This document shows positions 23,338 through 34,310 of a stretch of DNA of 64,000 bases, in pieces. Both the position numbers and the translations under genes were made by a program. The stretch covers positions 190,836,001 through 190,900,000 of the forward strand of contig NW_027362770.1 in assembly GCF_046119375.1 (NCBI RefSeq), given 5' to 3'. Below the pieces are notes generated by a model. It saw nothing but the letters and a program-made list of their open reading frames with translations. It did no database searches and was not told where the DNA came from. Position 1 is the first letter of the stretch; every line of letters begins with the position of its first letter. Source of the DNA: Phyllobates terribilis. Taxonomy: Eukaryota.

Positions 23338-26255
23338 AGGGCCAACCCCCAGGAAAAAGATCACCAGGCCCATCGAACTGGCGCGACAAATATGTCGGAG
23401 GACGTCCAGTCTTACCCGTGGTACTGGATGGCATTCCTATGAGTGCCCTACTGGACACCGGGTCACAGGTCACCACCATCCCGTACGTGCTCTTCAAGCA
23501 GTACTGGAATGACTCGGATATCACCCGCTACCCTGACGACGACTTGAGTATCATCGCCAGCAATGGTCAGCCCGTGCCACAGATTGGATTTAAAGAGGTG
23601 ACCATTAAAATCGGTAGAGTCGAATTGGCAGCACAGGGACTGATCATTGTAGACATTGACAAACACGAGAGTCACCCAAAGATAACTCTAGGAACTAATG
23701 TAATTGAAAATTGTCTTGCAGAGGTGATTTTCCTTTTACAGCAGGTTGCCAAGAACGCCAGCTCCGGCCAGCAGCGAGTGCTCCAGAAAGAGATCCGGGC
23801 ACTGATGCGACGGCAACAGCTAGAACTCTCCGGTGGTGAGATTGGTAGCGTGCGAATGTGTGACCCTTTCCCTATTGCCATGCCCCCGAAAAGTGAAATG
23901 ATGATTTGGTGCCGGGCAGCTATTGGTCTGAGAGGTAGAGATTACCAGGCAATGGTAGAACCAGTTTACTCAGACAGTAGGCCCACCATTTTGACAGCAC
24001 GGGGGGTGGTCAATGTACGCCATGGGAGGGTGCCCGTTCGCATAATAAATATCGGGAAGAGGGAAGTGTACCTGCCCCGGTATGCCACGCTAGCCAAATT
24101 GTATACCATCAATCAAGATTCCATACAGTCCGTAGAACCCTTGCCTCCATCTTCCCCGGAGGAAGGTAACGGCTCTAAGAAAACAATGGGGGACTGGTGT
24201 CAGCAACTACATTTGGGTACCGACTCCACTCCCGCACACCAGAAACAAGGAGTCTATCGGGTGGTTCAAGAGTACGAGAGAGTGTTTAGTAAACACCCGT
24301 TAGACTTCGGGCGAGTCAAGGGGGTAGAACACCACATCCCCACGGGAGACCATCCTCCCATAAAAGAGAGGTATCGACCCGTACCCCCTGCCCACTACCA
24401 ACACGCCAAGGGGATGCTTAGAGACATGAAGGAGGCTGGGGTGATCAGGGATAGCTGTAGCCCCTGGGCAGCTCCACTAGTCTTAGTCAAAAAGAAAGAC
24501 AACACCATGAGGATGTGTGTAGATTACCGGAAAATCAACCGTATCACACACAAGGATGCGTACCCCTTACCAAGGATAGAGGAGTCTTTGGCTGCTTTAA
24601 GATCTGCTAACTTCTTCTCTACCTTGGATCTCACTAGTGGGTACTGGCAGGTTCCTGTAGCAGAGGCGGACCGGGAGAAGACCGCATTCACCACCCCGAT
24701 GGGACTTAGCGAGTTTACCTGCATGCCGTTCGGACTCTGCAACGCACCAGGAACCTTCCAACGATTAATGGAGTGCTGTCTGGGCCACAGAAACTTCGAG
24801 ACGGTCTTGTTGTACCTGGACGATGTCATCGTATATTCCAAGACGTATGAGGACCACCTGAAACACCTGGCGGAAGTGTTCGAAGCTCTGGCAAGCTACG
24901 GCCTAAAGGTGAAACCCTCCAAGTGTCACCTCCTGAAACCAAATGTGCAGTACCTGGGACACGTGGTGAGCGCTGATGGAGTGGCTCCCGACCCTGATAA
25001 GATCACCGCAATTAAGGAATGGCCAAGTCCCTCCAGTGTAAAGGAAGTGCGGCAGTTCCTCGGGTTGGTAGGCTATTACCGCCGATTCATCCCCGGTTTC
25101 ACCAAAAAGGCAGCTCCTATGCAGGACCTCCTGATAGGCCAGTCCCGGAAGGCCAAGAACCAGAAGCCACCCTTCAGATGGGAGAAGTTAGAAGAAGAGT
25201 CCTTCCGCCAGCTGAAGATGGCCCTCACGGGGGATGAAATCCTGGCGTACCCTGATTACAGCCAGCCCTTTATCCTCTACACCGACGCAAGTAACATCGG
25301 GCTAGGACTTTGTGAGAAAATGAACCAGGTGGTAATGGATCTTCTGAAAACGTTGCCCCTGGAAGAACGCAGTCTGTGGCCTGAGAAGCTGCCCGATCTG
25401 GTGGACCTATACAACCACATCCCGGTAGGTTCCACCAACTGTACCCCGGCTTACCTAATGAGGGCAAGGCCTGGTAAGCTACCTGTTGACCTGGAGATGG
25501 GAGTCCTGACACCCGAGGACACTTCACCGGAAGCAGACTGGGACACAGAGAGGCAGCAGCAGTACCGGAAAGTACAGGAGAGCGTGGAGCGAAGTCTCTG
25601 TCTCGCTAGGGAAAGACAAGAGAAAACTTACAACCAGTATGCTTCCGCTGTTCCCCTGGTACCCGGAGAGCAGGTCTTGAAGAGGAAGAGACGGCTCCAC
25701 AAGTTGGACGACCAGTGGGAGAAGGACCCGTACACCGTACTGCCCTCAAGCCACGACAACCCGAAGGTTTGTACCATCAGTAAAGACGGAGGAGAAACCA
25801 CAGCCATTGTATCCCGGGATCACCTGAAGAAGTGTCCCGAACAGCTACGGAACCCAGAAGGAGAGCAAGAATACCCTCGACCCGTAGAGGAAAGGGAAGA
25901 TATGGTTAGTACTGTGCTCGGAGACTTCCCTCGGTCCTGCACTCAAGTCAATGGTGCAGTTGTGGTACCCGTCCTCACGTTCCTCCAACCAGTATCCCAA
26001 GTGCCTACGGAGCAACAGGTAGAGCTGGAAGAGCAGCCGGTCCAGGAGGCAGCAGACTCCACACAAGCAGAACAGGAGGATCAACCCTCTGCTCATAGTG
26101 AGCCTGCCGTACCCCTAGTGAGCCAAAGAGCCCGTAGACAGCTGCCCAGTTTACCCTTGACAGCTCCTACACCCTGTAGTTCAGGGCCAGACAGTCAGCT
26201 CCGTAGGTCCACTAGGGCCACTAGAGGCCAGTTACCCGCACGTTGGAGGATTTGA
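23313..26255 (+). CDS. pol: Gypsy Pol (protease, RT, truncated RNase H fused to the integrase C-half), probably entered by -1 frameshift
   Basis: LLDTGSQVT, SPWAAPLVLV, CVDYRKIN, MPFGLCNAP, LYLDD; YTDASNIGLG is fused directly to LCEKMNQ. Confidence 0.9.
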   Translation, partial: FKLAQPGVEGQPPGKRSPGPSNWRDKYVGGRPVLPVVLDGIPMSALLDTGSQVTTIPYVLFKQYWNDSDITRYPDDDLSIIASNGQPVPQIGFKEVTIKIGRVELAAQGLIIVDIDKHESHPKITLGTNVIENCLAEVIFLLQQVAKNASSGQQRVLQKEIRALMRRQQLELSGGEIGSVRMCDPFPIAMPPKSEMMIWCRAAIGLRGRDYQAMVEPVYSDSRPTILTARGVVNVRHGRVPVRIINIGKREVYLPRYATLAKLYTINQDSIQSVEPLPPSSPEEGNGSKKTMGDWCQQLHLGTDSTPAHQKQGVYRVVQEYERVFSKHPLDFGRVKGVEHHIPTGDHPPIKERYRPVPPAHYQHAKGMLRDMKEAGVIRDSCSPWAAPLVLVKKKDNTMRMCVDYRKINRITHKDAYPLPRIEESLAALRSANFFSTLDLTSGYWQVPVAEADREKTAFTTPMGLSEFTCMPFGLCNAPGTFQRLMECCLGHRNFETVLLYLDDVIVYSKTYEDHLKHLAEVFEALASYGLKVKPSKCHLLKPNVQYLGHVVSADGVAPDPDKITAIKEWPSPSSVKEVRQFLGLVGYYRRFIPGFTKKAAPMQDLLIGQSRKAKNQKPPFRWEKLEEESFRQLKMALTGDEILAYPDYSQPFILYTDASNIGLGLCEKMNQVVMDLLKTLPLEERSLWPEKLPDLVDLYNHIPVGSTNCTPAYLMRARPGKLPVDLEMGVLTPEDTSPEADWDTERQQQYRKVQESVERSLCLARERQEKTYNQYASAVPLVPGEQVLKRKRRLHKLDDQWEKDPYTVLPSSHDNPKVCTISKDGGETTAIVSRDHLKKCPEQLRNPEGEQEYPRPVEEREDMVSTVLGDFPRSCTQVNGAVVVPVLTFLQPVSQVPTEQQVELEEQPVQEAADSTQAEQEDQPSAHSEPAVPLVSQRARRQLPSLPLTAPTPCSSGPDSQLRRSTRATRGQLPARWRI

Positions 26256-26606
26256 AGTGTTTAAATTGTTTTATTTGTGGTCACCTGTCTGTTACTTGTA
26301 AATAATTATGTGTTTCTAGTTATTTTTAGGAGTCCTTGGTGGATTTACCGGGAATCCTTGTACAATTGGTTGGAGCGTAACCCAGGACGGACTAAAGACT
26401 GTTAAGGACTCGGGGCAGGACAGACCCCTACCTGGTTACGTCTCCCTGTTTTTGGTGAAATGGACACCTTGTTTTTCTTCAAAACTGCACCCGGTTGCGG
26501 ACACGCCGTGACCATCTTTATGTGTTTTTCTTATTATATTATTATGGTTTATACCTTGTTATGTTTTTCCAAAAATATGTTTAGTCCCGGAGTACTAAAT
26601 TTCACT

Positions 26607-26615
26607 AGGGGGGAA
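26607..26615 (+). promoter_or_regulatory. Polypurine tract
   Basis: AGGGGGGAA immediately before the 3' LTR TG. Confidence 0.85.
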
Positions 26616-27618
26616 TGTGACACCCCAGGGGTCTGGTTGCCACAGTGATAGAGATATTACGTCTGAGAGCAGGTGGGAGGTCTCTTGGTCAGGGATCCTA
26701 TGCATGCCACACCTCCTGCCCAGTCCTGGGAGGGGAAGAACTTCCCCTATATAAACCTAGGGCTGAGGCAGGGTGAGGTGTAGAGAAGAAGTAGAGACAG
26801 AGAAGAGAAGCAGATATAGGAAAAGAACACCAGGAGCTCTGTGGGAGCAGTGCTATAAGGAGTCAGGGGCTGGCAGCTGCAGAGCTCGCCCTGACTGAGA
26901 AGCTATCACCGGACCCGGAGTCCGAGGCTGTGGGGACTAATCTTTACCCAGCAGCAGAAACCGACCGGCAGGGGATTTCAGGTTCTCTGGTCAAGAAACC
27001 CGAAGGCACGGTCACACGCGTGAGACCAGCACCGCCGTCGTGGAGCGGACGCCACAAGAAGGCCCCGAGTCACCGGCCATACGGGTGAGCACCACACGGT
27101 ACACTCAGGGACGTGGGCTACTTTTACCCGCCTCTAGCAAGGTAGCCAGAAGAGTACAATTAGTTGGGGAGGCCTACAACTCCGCCTGGCCAGGGGAAAT
27201 CCCATCTGCTCAAAGACTGACCAGGCCCCGATCGCTAGCCAGTACTCCGGGAGGGTCTATCTTTATCACCAGTAAAGACCCTGAACTACACCACATCGTC
27301 TCTGAGTGATTCCTGCTTCCCCCATCAGCCACGTCGGCTGCCCTGAGGCCATACCCCTCCCGTTGGGGGTGATACTATCACGCTGCACAATCCTACCACC
27401 GGCCTCAGCAGTCTGCCCTGCAGCGGCAGCTCCTTCGCTGCATTCAACGGGTGGCGTAGTCGTCCAACATCTACCGCTAATACATCGCCGCTCAGTTTGA
27501 CTCCCTGGGCACGGACCGGGTCACCGCCACGAGACTACTACCCCCATCTGATCCGGATCCGGGTAAGCTCCCCCGTGCGCGCGATGCCGCGCGAAGCAGC
27601 AGGCCCAGGGGCGCGTCA
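26616..27618 (+). repeat. 3' LTR (1003 bp)
   Basis: Direct repeat of 20926-21916. Confidence 0.95.
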
Positions 27619-27774
27619 TATACAACACTATGTACAGTGATAAAACACTATAGGTGGTACAGGACATGTTATAGCAGTGAAATTGTTGGATTATATGACA
27701 TATTTTAGTTTAATAATGGAAGATTGTTTCGTATGGACACTGACCCCCCATACTCTGCACACTGGACATATATA

Positions 27775-29435
27775 CAACCCCTGGCAAAAATTATGGAATC
27801 ACCGGGCTCAGAGGATATTCATTCAGTTGTTTAATGTTGTTGAAAAAAAGCAGATCACAGACATGGCACAAAGCTAAACTCATTTCAAATGGCAACTTTA
27901 TGGCTTTAAGAAACACTAAAAGAAATCAAGATAAAAAATGTGCTACTCAGTAAGGGTAATTTTTTTCAGACCAAGCAGAGGGAAAAAATTATGGAATCAC
28001 CCTGTAAATTTTCATTTCCAAAACTAACACCTGCATCAAATTAGATCTGCTCGTTAGTCTGCATCTAAAAAGGAGTCCTCACACCTTGGATAGCTGTTGC
28101 ACAAAGTGGACTGACATGAATCATGGCTCCAACACGAGAGATGTCAATTGAAACAAAGGAGAGGATTATCAAACTCTTAAAAGAAGGAAAATCAACACGC
28201 AATGCTCCAAAATATGTTGGTTGTTCACAGTCAGCTGTGTCTAAAATCTGGACCAAATACAAACAACATGGGAAAGTTGTTAAAGGCAAACATACTGGTA
28301 GACCAAGAAAGACATAAAAGCGTCAGGACCGTAAACTTAAAGCAATATGTCTCCAAAACAGGAAATGCTCAACAAAACAAATGAGGAACGAATGGGAGGA
28401 AACTGGAGTCAATGTCTGTGACCGAACTGTAAGAAACCGCCTAAAGGAAATGGGATTTACATACAGAAAAGCTAAACATAAGCCATCATTAACACCTAAA
28501 CAGAAAAAAACAAGGTTACAATGGGCTAAGGAAAAGCAATCGTGGACTGTGGATGACTGAATGAAATTCATATTTAGTGATGAATCGCGAATCTGCATTG
28601 GGCAAGGTGATGATGCTGGAACTTTTGTTTGGTGCTTTTCCAATGAGATTTATAAAGATGACTGCATGAAGAGAACATGCAAATTTCCACAGTCATTGAT
28701 GATATGGGGCTGCATGTCAGGTAAAGGCACTGGGGAGATGGCTGTCATTACATCTTCAATAAATGCCCAAGTTTACATTGATATTTTGGACAGTTTTCTT
28801 ATCCCATCAATTGAAAGGATGTTTGGGGATGATGACATCATTTTGCAAGATGATAATGCATCCTGCCATAGAGCAAAAACTGTGAAAACATTCCTTGAAA
28901 GAAGACACATAAGGTCAATGTCATGACCTGCAAATAGTCCTGATCTCAATCCAATTGAAAATCTTTGATGGTAGTTGAAGAAAATGGTCCATGACAAGGC
29001 TCCAACCTACAAAGCTGATCTGGCAACAGCAATCAGAGAAAGTTAGAGCCAGATTGATGAAGAGTACTGTTTGTCACTCATTAAGTCCATGCCTCAGAGA
29101 CTGCAAGCTGTTATTTAAGCCAGAGGTGGTGCAACAAAATACTAGTGATGTATTGGAGTGTTCTTTTGTTTTTGTCTTTCATGATTCCATAATTTTTCCT
29201 CAGAATTGATTGATTCCATATTTTTTTCCCTCTGCTTGGTCTGAAAAAAATTACCCTTACTGAGTACCACATTTTTTATCTTGATTTCTTTTAGTGTTTC
29301 TTAAAGCCATAAAGTTGTCATTTGAAATGAGTTTAGTTTTGTGCCATGTCTGTGATCTGCTTTTTTTCAACAACATTAAACAACTGAATAAACATCCTCC
29401 GAGCCCGGTGATTCCATAATTTTTGCCAGGGGTTG
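27775..29435 (+). mobile_element. Full-length Tc1-family transposon with long IR/DR-type TIRs
   Basis: TA on both sides; ~230-bp TIRs starting CAACCCCTGGCAAAAATTATGGAATCA; inner direct repeat AAAAATTATGGAATCA. Confidence 0.95.
28123..29145 (+). pseudogene. Tc1 transposase (341 codons, one frame, several nonsense codons)
   Basis: MAPTREMSIETKERIIKLLKEG...GRPRKT*; FSDESR, QDDNASCH, SPDLNPIE; ends GGATKY*. Confidence 0.92.
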
Positions 29436-29437
29436 TA

Positions 29438-29910
29438 TAACAGGTCCGGGAGCTGCAGCTTTGGCCGCCCTGAAGAAGGCTCTGGCTTCTGGAGTATACA
29501 CTGTAGAGAAGAATAACAGCGGCCTGAAGCTGGCCACCAAGGCTCAGGTCACCCAAGCTGAAGGGCAGCGACTCCCCCGAATCCTTCAAGCTGAACAAGA
29601 AACAAGGCGGCCGAAAAGAAGCCTCTATCTGGGCTAAGCCTTAGAAACAAGCAACCAAGAAAGTAGACAAATATCTGAAGAAGGCCAAGAAGGTTCCAAC
29701 CTTGGCCAAGGAGAGCATGGAAAAAAAGGCAAAGAAAGCCACCAAAAAGCCAAATGCTGCTCCGAAGCCCAAGAAGGTGAAGAAGAGTCTGGCTAAGAAG
29801 GCGGCTAAAGACAAGAAGCCTCAGCTAAGAAATAAACTGTAGCTGCCCCGACCTTCTCCCAGAAAGGCTCTTTTCAGACAGAGCCACCACTCTGTCCCGG
29901 CAGAGCTGTG
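29438..29910 (+). pseudogene. H1: 5'-truncated, frameshifted histone H1 with 3' stem-loop relic
   Basis: LAALKKALASGVYTVEKNNSGLKL globular-domain relic, Lys/Ala-rich tail, GGCTCTTTTCAGACAGAGCC 29866-29885, CAGAGCTG 29901-29908. Confidence 0.85.
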
Positions 29911-29974
29911 TGATCAGTGTCCGAGTGTCCCCCGCTGCTTCCGTCAGCAGCACCATTATAGCAGTGTACGGGGA

Positions 29975-30288
29975 TATGGAATAAATATAATCAAAAAGTT
30001 AATTTGTTTCAGTTCTTCAATACAAAAAGTGAAACTCCTATATTATATAGAGTCATTATACACAGAGTGATCTACTTCAAGTTTTTATTTCTGTTAATGT
30101 TGATGATTATGGCTTACAGCCAATGAAAGCACAAAAGTCATTATGTCAGTAAATGAGAATAATTAACAAAAAACACCTGTAAATGCTTCCTAAGCGTTTA
30201 AAAAGTCCCTTAGTGTGTTTCAGTAGGCTCCATAATCATGGGGAAGACTGCTGACTTGATAGATGTCCAGAAGACAGTCATTGACACT
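29975..30288 (+). mobile_element. Tc1 5' fragment (TIR relic plus transposase start)
   Basis: TIR matches window bases 1-50; ATG GGG AAG ACT GCT GAC TTG gives MGKTADL. Confidence 0.75.
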
Positions 30289-30294
30289 AAGTAA

Positions 30295-30528
<234 letters not shown>

Positions 30529-31249
30529 TAAGTTTCATTCCTAGATTTTAAACTAAATTGTGATTTACAACAATCATGCGCCTCCATGCCAATGAATATG
30601 AAATTCCTGCATAACTGTTGATGGTTTCTCTCGCTCTTTGTTCTCCGTGTCACACGTAGTGTCAAGGCGGCGGCTCTTGGGCTGTGAGTGAATATTTGAT
30701 ATATATTCAGCGCTATGTGTAGGGTATATAATACTATTTTGAGGGTTAACCACATCATATTGCTGTATAGAACTCTATATGGAGGAATATAGTAATAGCA
30801 AAACATTTTATATGGTTTGTTAATGCACTACATGGAATGAGGCATACAGCATTATTTGGTGGTGTACAGAACATTTTTGGGGAGAATACAGCTGTTTATA
30901 GAGGATATACAGCTCGAGTTACCATCACTATATGGGGGTTACACACCACTATCTGTAGAAGTACGGCAGTATACAGCACTATATGGATGTTGGGTATATA
31001 GTGCTATGCGGATGGAGGATAATGAGTTTACAGAACTATATAAGGTGCAAGCAGCACAGGAGTTTAGAGCAAAAGAGCACTATATGGAGGGTATATAGTT
31101 ATACAAGTGGAATATATTGCACTATACGGAGGTATGCCAAAATAGTAATTGTATATCTAACATATTAGGTGTTCTGCACTCTGATTTTATTGGAAGTTAT
31201 CAGACTTCTTTATTCACAATGGATTACATCAGGTCCATCAGTGAAAATT

Positions 31250-32580
31250 ATTAATTATTTATATAGCGCCTTTGATTCCATGGTGCTGTACATGAGAAGG
31301 GGTTACATACAAAATACAGATCACTTACAGTAACAATGATAGACTGGTACAGAGGGAGGAGGACCCTGCCCTTGCGGGCTTACATTCTACAGGATGGTGG
31401 GGAAAGAGGAAGAAGACAGTAGGTTGGGGGGTTGCAGTAGCTCCGGTGTTGTATAGGAGGTAGCGGGGTCATGGCAGGCTGTAAGCTTTCTCAAAGAGAT
31501 GGGTTTTCAAGTTTCGTCTGAAGGATCCGAGTGTGCTGGATAGTCGGACGTGTTGGGGCACAGAATTCCAGAGAATGGGGGGATATTCGGGAGAAGTCTT
31601 GGGGGCGATTGGGTGAGAGACGAATAAGTGTGGAGAGAAGGAGGTCTTGGGAGGACCGGTAACTACATGAGGGAAAATATCGGGAGATTAGTTCAGAGAT
31701 TTACGGAGGAGAAAGGTTATGGATGGCTTTGTAGGTCAGTGTTAGCAGTTTGAATTGGATACGCTGGGGAAATGGGAGCCAGTGAAGAGATTTGCAGATG
31801 GGAGAAGTGGGGGAGTAACAAGGAGAGATTTGAATTAGTCGGGCAGCAAACTTAAGAACGTATTGGAGAGGTGCGAAAGTGTTAGCAGGTAGGCGACAGG
31901 AGGATGTTGCAGTAGTCCAGGCGGAAGATGATGAGGGCATGCACAAGCATTTTAGTATTTAGGAAAATCATGGATTCTGGAAATATTTTTGAGCTGGAGG
32001 TGACAACAGGTGGAAAGAGCTTGGATGTGCGGCTTGAAGGACAGGGTAGAGTCGAGGGTTAATCCGAGGCAGCGGATGTCCGGTAAAGGGGAAAGTGTGA
32101 TGTTATTTATTGTGATAGATCGATCAGGTAGGGAAGATACATGAGATGGAGGAAAGATGATGAGTACAGTTTTGTTCACATTGAGCTTGAGGAAGCGAGA
32201 GGAGAAGGAGGATACACTCTGGGACTCTGGACAGCAGAGAGGTGACGATGGGGCCATAGAGGTAGATCTGAGTGTCATCAGCGTATAGGTGATACTGGAA
32301 GCCATGTGTATTGATAAATTGTCCTAGGCCAAAGCCTTGAGAGACTCCAACATAGAGAGGGCGGGATGAGGAGGTAGCACGGGAGACGTTAAATGTGCGG
32401 TTGGAAAGGTATGAGGAGATCCAGGATAGGGAAAGGTCTTTGACGCCAAAGGAAGAGAGGATCTGTAGTAGGAGGCAGAGGACAGGTCTAGAAGGAGGAG
32501 TATAGAGAATTTTCTGTTAGCTTTGGCTGTAAGTAGGTCTTTCGTAATTTTGGTCAAGGCAGTTTCAGTGGAATGATGGG
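31250..32580 (-). mobile_element. L2-type LINE 3' fragment
   Basis: Tail ATTTATATAGCGCC at ~31258; minus-strand RT peptides [40 protein letters not shown]. Confidence 0.85.
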
Positions 32581-33046
32581 AAAATGATTAAGAACCAGGG
32601 AGCATCAGGGTAGACACGTAATGTCTCCCCAACTAATCACGTTCCTGTGATCGTATTCTCTCATGTACAAGGTTTAATTAACTTTGAATAATGAATTTTG
32701 ATTCTCAGAAGTGCTAGGAGCTGGAGCACTGATCCGTGGATCGCTCCTGTTTCTCCAGCATTTGCTGATGGCAAATACAGATCTTTTTCCACCACTATTA
32801 GTTTTGTGAACATATATAGCACTGGATGGAGGATATACAGTACTATATGGATGGTATACAGCACTATTTGTACTTTACAACTTATGGGTGAAGGATATAA
32901 GCGCTATATAAGGAGTTTACAGCACAATACAGTATTTGGATAATTCATTTCCCCTAGTGCTGTGCGCCTTGGGGACATACAGTGATGGGATTTCTTATCA
33001 TATACATTAGCATTTTGTCAAAGATCACACCTGAGATCAGCGGCGC

Positions 33047-33087
33047 CAGCTCTTGTGTTGACGGTGTGGGTGGCTCTTAGAAGAGCC
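33047..33087 (-). terminator. Histone 3' stem-loop and downstream element of H2A copy 2
   Basis: GGCTCT-TCTA-AGAGCC (33072-33087) then ACCCA and AAGAGCTG on the minus strand. Confidence 0.92.
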
Positions 33088-33122
33088 TTTGGGTTGTGTG
33101 GATGATACAGGATCAGCGGCGC

Positions 33123-34238
<1,116 letters not shown>

Positions 34239-34269
34239 TCTGCTCCAGGCTCTACACCCACAACCCAAA

Positions 34270-34310
34270 GGCTCTTCTAAGAGCCGCCCACCCCGTCTAC
34301 ATCAGAGCTG
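34270..34310 (+). terminator. Histone 3' stem-loop and downstream element of H2B copy 2
   Basis: GGCTCT-TCTA-AGAGCC 34270-34285, CAGAGCTG downstream. Confidence 0.92.

Larger units (their letters stand above)
20926..27618 (+). mobile_element. Ty3/Gypsy LTR retrotransposon with two near-identical LTRs
   Basis: TG...CA LTRs 20926-21916 and 26616-27618; 4-bp TSD TATA (20922-20925, 27619-27622); PBS, PPT, gag and pol present. Confidence 0.97.
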
